Part shown: piece by piece, positions 58,795-64,000 of the stretch
Position numbering within the stretch: position 1 is the stretch's first letter
How the letters are laid out: the number at the start of each line of letters is the position of its first letter
Assembly: GCF_041146345.1 (NCBI RefSeq)
Contig: NW_027191404.1
Coordinates: 930,001-994,000 of the forward strand
Origin: Neodothiora populina
Lineage: Eukaryota
Reading direction: 5' to 3'
DNA: 64,000 bases
Translations under genes and position numbers: made by a program
The notes under the pieces: generated by a model
Database searches by the model: none
What the model saw: the letters and a program-made list of their open reading frames with translations, nothing else
Told to the model about the DNA's origin: nothing

Positions 58795-60482
58795 TCAAAG
58801 TCGGTTCTTCTTGCAACGATTACATGCCTGTAGCTCGCACTGTCGGCATTCGAAGATATACCTAGGAAGCCTGTGATGACATTCCTCGCAGACATGAGGA
58901 CCCCTGACCCACTTCCAGCGCTCGTGGTCGCATTCGTGATTATCTCGCAGGTTTTGCGCAATTTGCTCAATGGTCCGACGTGATCGTGGGTCTAAACCTC
59001 TTGGGGGGAGTAGAAGAGCTGGTGGTCTTCTCAGAGGAACGTAGTCGTCTGCTGCTGGAGGTACTTCTTCTTCGTCGTCGTCTCTGTGATTCTCGTATCT
59101 GTCGTCATTGTTGACTTCTTCCGGGCCCTGGTCGGCGTGATTTGCTGGAACTACAGCTTGACCAACATCACCTACGTCAGGTGCGACATCTGCAATCGCG
59201 ATCCAGTCATTGAGTCCAGGATGTTCGAGGAGTGCGGCTTCTTCGTGTCTGGGCCCCACAGCCGGCTGATGCAGTCTTCTGTTCTGGTTATCTCCTCGAA
59301 GTGCGATGCGTTCAGCTCTTGCCATCAGGCGACGCTCCTCCCATTGCTCGCAATTGCATGTCTTCCACTGTGCACCGCACACATAGCAGAACTCGGCTCT
59401 GCAGATGCATCTGTAGCAAGCATTAATCGATCTGATCTCAGAATGCGTGAGAGGGATGCTGGTACTCACGTTATATGATTGCAGCCAATTTCCAGCTCGA
59501 CCATCCTGCGGCACGAGTAACAACGCTGCCATCCTTCCTCGTTTGCCTTTTCGACTAGTTCGTTCAGAGCTACATCCTCAGGGCAATCTCCCAGATGCTC
59601 GGCGTTCTTGCAGATGACACAGGTACTTCTGGAGCAGCTTGGACAGGTTGCAACATCGTGGGCTATATTGCGAGGTGGAATAAATGCTGAGCATGAGCGA
59701 GCGAAGCAATAGACTCGGTTCCTCGTGTCCAGCTCCTCGCTTTTCTCAGCGAACGCTCCCATTACGGCAGGGGAGAGAAAGACTTTGACCTGTGGAAACG
59801 GGATGACCTGACGACAGCAGCGAGGTGGGTAGAGAGACTCATCAGTCATGGAGGCTTCCAAAAGGCTAGTCAGACAGTCACAACAGTACACATCACCGCA
59901 AGGAACTACAACTGTGTCAAACCATGGCTTATCTTCAGAACAGGCAACACATGCACTCGTGTCATGAAGGTGGTCAGGCTTTCTGCTTGCGGCCCACTTG
60001 GAAGATTCTGCCTTAGGTTTGCTGCCGACACTCCAGAGTGGGTTTCTCAGACCATAAAGATCAGCGAAGCATCGAGCTTGAACCTTTGCCCGGGCGACTT
60101 CATCGAGACCGTCAGTGTCTGAAGGGTGACATGGGTCACTGCCGCCATCAATGCCGACTCCGCTATCATCGGTACCTTGCAGACGCATTGCTAGTTCGCG
60201 GTCGCGAGTAACCTGAGCTTCCTGTTCCAAGGCCTCGGCAATGATGGAGCAGTCGCTGATGATAGCTGTGCCGAGGCTGCACGCCATCTGGTGATCAGCA
60301 TGATTCAGGTCAAAGATTTCAAGATCTTCAAGACAAAGCTGTAGAGCCAACTCAGCATCAGTCAAGTCGCCTTCCCGTTGTTTTCCTGTCGTCACATGCA
60401 TCAGAGCCTCAACATCCTCGCGCTGCAATTGAGCAATCAAAGCAGCATCCTCGAAGCCGACGAAGGGATGCTGCCAATCCAT
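58795..60482 (-). CDS. RBR (RING1-IBR-RING2) E3 ubiquitin ligase, 2 exons
   Basis: RING1 CVAC...PCGDVYCCDC...PPRCC; IBR YCFARSC...CPSC...CVICKNAEH; RING2 RCYSC...GCNHIT|CICRAEFCYVC; an additional Cys/His-rich C-terminus. Confidence 0.92.
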
Positions 60483-61089
60483 GTTGTCAAGTAGAGTCGG
60501 TGAGTAGAAAGGATTGAAAACACAATTGAAGTTTCGTATTAGAAGGAAGTGGCTCCTTGTTAGAGATTGCTGTGAGATGCAGCTTCCTGATGAAAGTGAA
60601 AGTGAAAATGGTTAGAGATGGCAACATGTTGAAGCTTAGACCATGCAGATCATGCGCGACTGCTTCTTATACAAACGCAGTCCAGAGACGTACGGTCACC
60701 TTGTAAGAAGCACGATGGCGTTCACTTCGCGGAGAAGAGAATCATCTGCTACAAGCTGCTCAAGAATGTGTTCGCAACAGTCCTTTTCTTCCACTTCCAG
60801 CCAGCATCGTTGTGTTTGCAATCGATGATTGGTCTTATTGATCTGCACTAGGCTCCTTGCATGAGACTCCTGCACTGCGATACGTACGAACATGCAAACG
60901 GCGCAGGCCAAGGGTGTTCCTTGCAGCACCCTGTCTGGGTTGGGTTTGTACCTTTTCATGAGTGGAAGGCATCAGAGTGGTATCGAAGGCTTTCGCGCTT
61001 TCATTAGGTGTTATCGGCTACCGACCGTGAAAGTATAGGTACTGCACAAGACCGTCCTCTCATATGCTGCTACTACCAATGCTTCACGG

Positions 61090-62143
61090 TCACCGCTTAA
61101 GTTGCGCAAAACGCTTCGCCAACTCGTCCACATCCGGAATCTTGCCGCCAGGCCCATCACCGACAGCCTTGGACTTGGGCTTGATCTCATCCTTTTTCTG
61201 CATCTTCGCTCCCGGCTTGAGGTCTGGAGGTCCAGGAAGTTTGAGTTTCGGGCTCATGTTATCGGTGCTCGGTTTGGGAGGAACCACTGACACAGGGCTT
61301 TTAGGGCCCATATCTCTGGGCGGTGTGGCCTTGCTTAATTCCTCGTCTTCTGTGCTCAGTGGAATCTCGAGGATCTTTTGCTTTCCGCCACTTCCAGGTT
61401 CGTCGTCCTCGTCATCATCGTCAGCCTCGCCGTTCTCGGCGGCTTCTCGTGCGGCCTTGGTGCCAGGTGGATAGTCAACTCCGTAGGCGTCGGCGATTGT
61501 GCTCAGGTATGCCTCGACCAACTCCTGCGGCGGGGGTTCCACCTTCAAGCGATCCATGACCCTCTTGGACACTTTGTCTTCTTTGTTTTCCGCAGCGCTG
61601 AGCGCATATTCCTTTCCAAACTTCTCTGCCAACAAGGCCCTCACATTATGTAGTTCCTTGACCTCTGTTCTTGGCGCAGCATACAACAATGAAACAACGG
61701 CTTCTTCGAGACCGGCATCAGGTGGACCGCTTGGCTCGAGGAGACCTGCACGAGCAAGCAGCAGTTCGGCGTAGAGTTCTAGGATCTCGTGTAGTTCGGT
61801 GGTCAAGTCTGAGCGGATGATGTTTTCGACTCTTATGCGTGCGGACTCGATTTTGCCTTGCTGTGTCGGACGTTCAGTCATGCGACACGAGATTGACGGG
61901 GGGGTTCCTGGTAGTAGGAGATCAAAATACCTCTAGTAGCTGCGCCATCGCTCGTCTCTGCTGTTTAGCTATCGCGACATCCTTTTGCTGCACCATGCGC
62001 AAGCGCGCAATGGACAACTTGAGTTGCACCTTGAGTCTATTCTATACCGGTTCATGTTAGCCCGTATTCTGGGCAAAGAAGCTTCGATATTCACAAGATA
62101 CTGTAAGGCGGAGACTCACGATCAAAGTCGATGCGGGCGCCAT
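61090..62143 (-). CDS. IST1: ESCRT-III-associated factor Ist1, 3 exons
   Basis: Spliced: MAPASTLINRLKVQLKLSIARLRMVQQK...ESARIRVENIIRSD...ELYAELLLAR, ending in a MIM1-type DELAKRFAQLKR*. Confidence 0.95.
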
Positions 62144-62680
62144 GATGAATGGAGGAAAGTCAAGCACTCGGGATTATTGTTCCCTCTCGAAGATCGCAGA
62201 CAAGAGAGGTGCGAACAAGGGCATCAGATGTATAGACAGGTAGAAGGGGTGGAGTAATCCAAAGAGTAAATCACACGGAGCTATGCAGCGTACACTATTG
62301 GCTTCGACAGTGACGAGTCAGCAAGTCCGAATCACCAGCAGTAGTGGTGGTTGATAGCGTGTATGCCCTGTGCACTGTACAGTAGAGACAGCAGCAGTAA
62401 GGTAGTAGTAACGGTGCCTGAACCCACCCCGATAAATACATACAGTAAATTAGCCTCCACTCTTATCAGCCAATTCAAAGACCCTTGTTAACCTCCGCAG
62501 CTCCCCTCATGACCGTCGGTACCTTAGGCGACTCGGAGAAGCACAGAACAGAAAAGGGCAAAGCAAGCAACACAAGCAAGCATGAAAGCCGGTGACGTTT
62601 GCTTTGGCGGGGGTTTCCTGTTTGGTGGGGCGGGGGGCTGTGCACTTTTGCTTTACCTTTTACTCTTTTGCCTACCTAAT

Positions 62681-62719
62681 TACCTTACTGTACCTTACTG
62701 TACCTTACTGTACTTACTG
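62681..62719. repeat. 10-bp tandem repeat (TACCTTACTG) x about 4
   Basis: taccttactg three times, then tacttactg. Confidence 0.85.
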
Positions 62720-63606
62720 GAAGTGGCCGCAATGATGGTACCCGACTGTAATGCGGGAGGTCGTGATTTTGGGGATATCCAGTACGCTTCCATCAGAAAA
62801 CATTATTCTGCCATGGTAAGAAGTCAGAGATTATCAAGATCCTCGAGACATACAGTACGTCAATCATTGTGGCTCAATAATGGTACCTAAGGTAAGCAAA
62901 AGCACACACTACTTGCGAGATCATACGTTAGGTACCTAGCTAGGTAGCTTTGCTATTATATCAGGACTCGATATAGTGCCCCTTTTCAGATACTGTGCAT
63001 TAGTCGAACAACCATCTGCGTCGCGCTGAGATCGATCAAGCTTGTTATATGCTGTTCTCGATGGCTTCACGATTTACATTGCTTTCCTTCGGTTGGATGA
63101 GGTCATGATAGTCGAGGAAAGGCGAATCGGCAGCGCATACATCCGCAGTTCCCGGTGTTGGGCGCGCTTTTGTAGACATTATATTTTATTCTTTCGATCT
63201 GCTCTCCTGGAGTTAAGTAGAAGAGAGAGAGAAAGAGACAGTTGGGTTGTGTGTATCAAGAAATGCAAACGCCAGGAAACACCAATGCTTTGCTTTCGTT
63301 TCCTATTCCTGCTTTGGTCGTGCCCATGCATTACTCCTGATTGCTGATTCTCTTCGGACTCGACCATCCCGACTCTTGAATGGCATTTGAACAAAGCTGT
63401 AAAGAGACGGACATGCTTCACCGGCGACTCGTAAGCCCCCTCCTGTCCCACAATACGCCAAACACCAATGGACACCATGTCTGCAATAAACCTCAAATAA
63501 AAGCAAGAACGCTGCAGACGGAAAATTCTCGCTGTACACCCAGAGCGAACCTTGGCATCTTGTTTCTCATTAAATCGTACTTTTGAAGAGCAATGCGGAA
63601 ATGCAC

Positions 63607-64000
63607 TCATCGAACCGCGAGTTGCGACGTCTTCCCAGGGGCTGGCGAAGACTTGGGCAACGGTGGTGCCTGCTCCCGACTCTGCGCCTTGGCTATCTCT
63701 CTTATGCTTTTCTGACTGTGGATTGATGTCGGTCAGTGTCTAGGCCTTGATATGTCGAGCAGTTCATTTCGATTCGACTCACCTCTTCCGTTTCGCCAGC
63801 CATCCTCTTACCCCTCCGGATCTCCTGGGTAATGAATTGAAAGAATCGCTGCTTTCCGGTGAGCGAAACTCGGGCGTCTTCCCTCCAGGACCGATGGTCG
63901 GCGTTGTGGTTGTGGCACTCGTGTGTCTCGTGGCCGCTCCGCTGCTGCTGTCCGATGTATCACTCGCTGTCCTGTACCCCGATCGCTCTCGCAGCTCCCG
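63607..64000 (-). CDS. 3' end of an unidentified gene running in from beyond the window
   Basis: Open frame from 64000 (RELRERSGYRTASD...GWLAKRK), intron 63782-63716 (GTGAGT...CTGAC...CAG), then SQKSIREIAK...QLAVR* with TGA at 63609-63607. Confidence 0.65.

Noticed and set aside
1..64000. TGA-CTA stop read-through signals, intact transposons and large RIP-like AT-rich blocks
   Set aside because: None of the stop contexts I examined is TGA-CTA. I saw no transposase or RT motifs, LTRs or clear TIRs, and no AT-rich block beyond the 0.4-kb array.

Overview
Gene-dense eukaryotic DNA from a filamentous ascomycete (short GT-AG introns with CTRAC/CTAAY branch sites; a Dothideomycete is a guess from gene style only). 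I can support 26 complete protein-coding genes, one partial gene at the right edge, and one intron-containing tRNA-Cys(GCA). Most are core housekeeping genes: LSM12, GND1, an RRM protein, a GNAT, RFT1, DUF3445, ALG9, NAF1, a MeaA-type ammonium transporter, cytochrome b561, a TBC RabGAP, an aquaglyceroporin, SUB1, EXO5, a TM-SH3 protein, a PCI protein, AlkB-GRF, an Ayg1-type hydrolase, DUF6314, IF1, hexokinase, an RBR E3 ligase and IST1. Four things stand out. (1) EXO5 carries five tandem 21-aa copies of its G-x3-H-x2-(L/M)-E motif helix. (2) An accessory-looking patch at about 44.3-49.7 kb holds a decayed gene, an about 18-copy degenerate 22-bp array rich in TTA(G/C)TAA sites, and an intronless FAD monooxygenase whose promoter has two TCGG(A/G)GTCGGA boxes next to a Zn2Cys6 factor. 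(3) RFT1 and ALG9, from the same lipid-linked oligosaccharide pathway, flank a DUF3445 gene with a predicted membrane anchor. (4) SUB1 and EXO5 are head-to-head around MCB-like boxes. I found no CRISPR array, rRNA or intact transposon. All family calls come from recognising motifs by eye, with no database searches.
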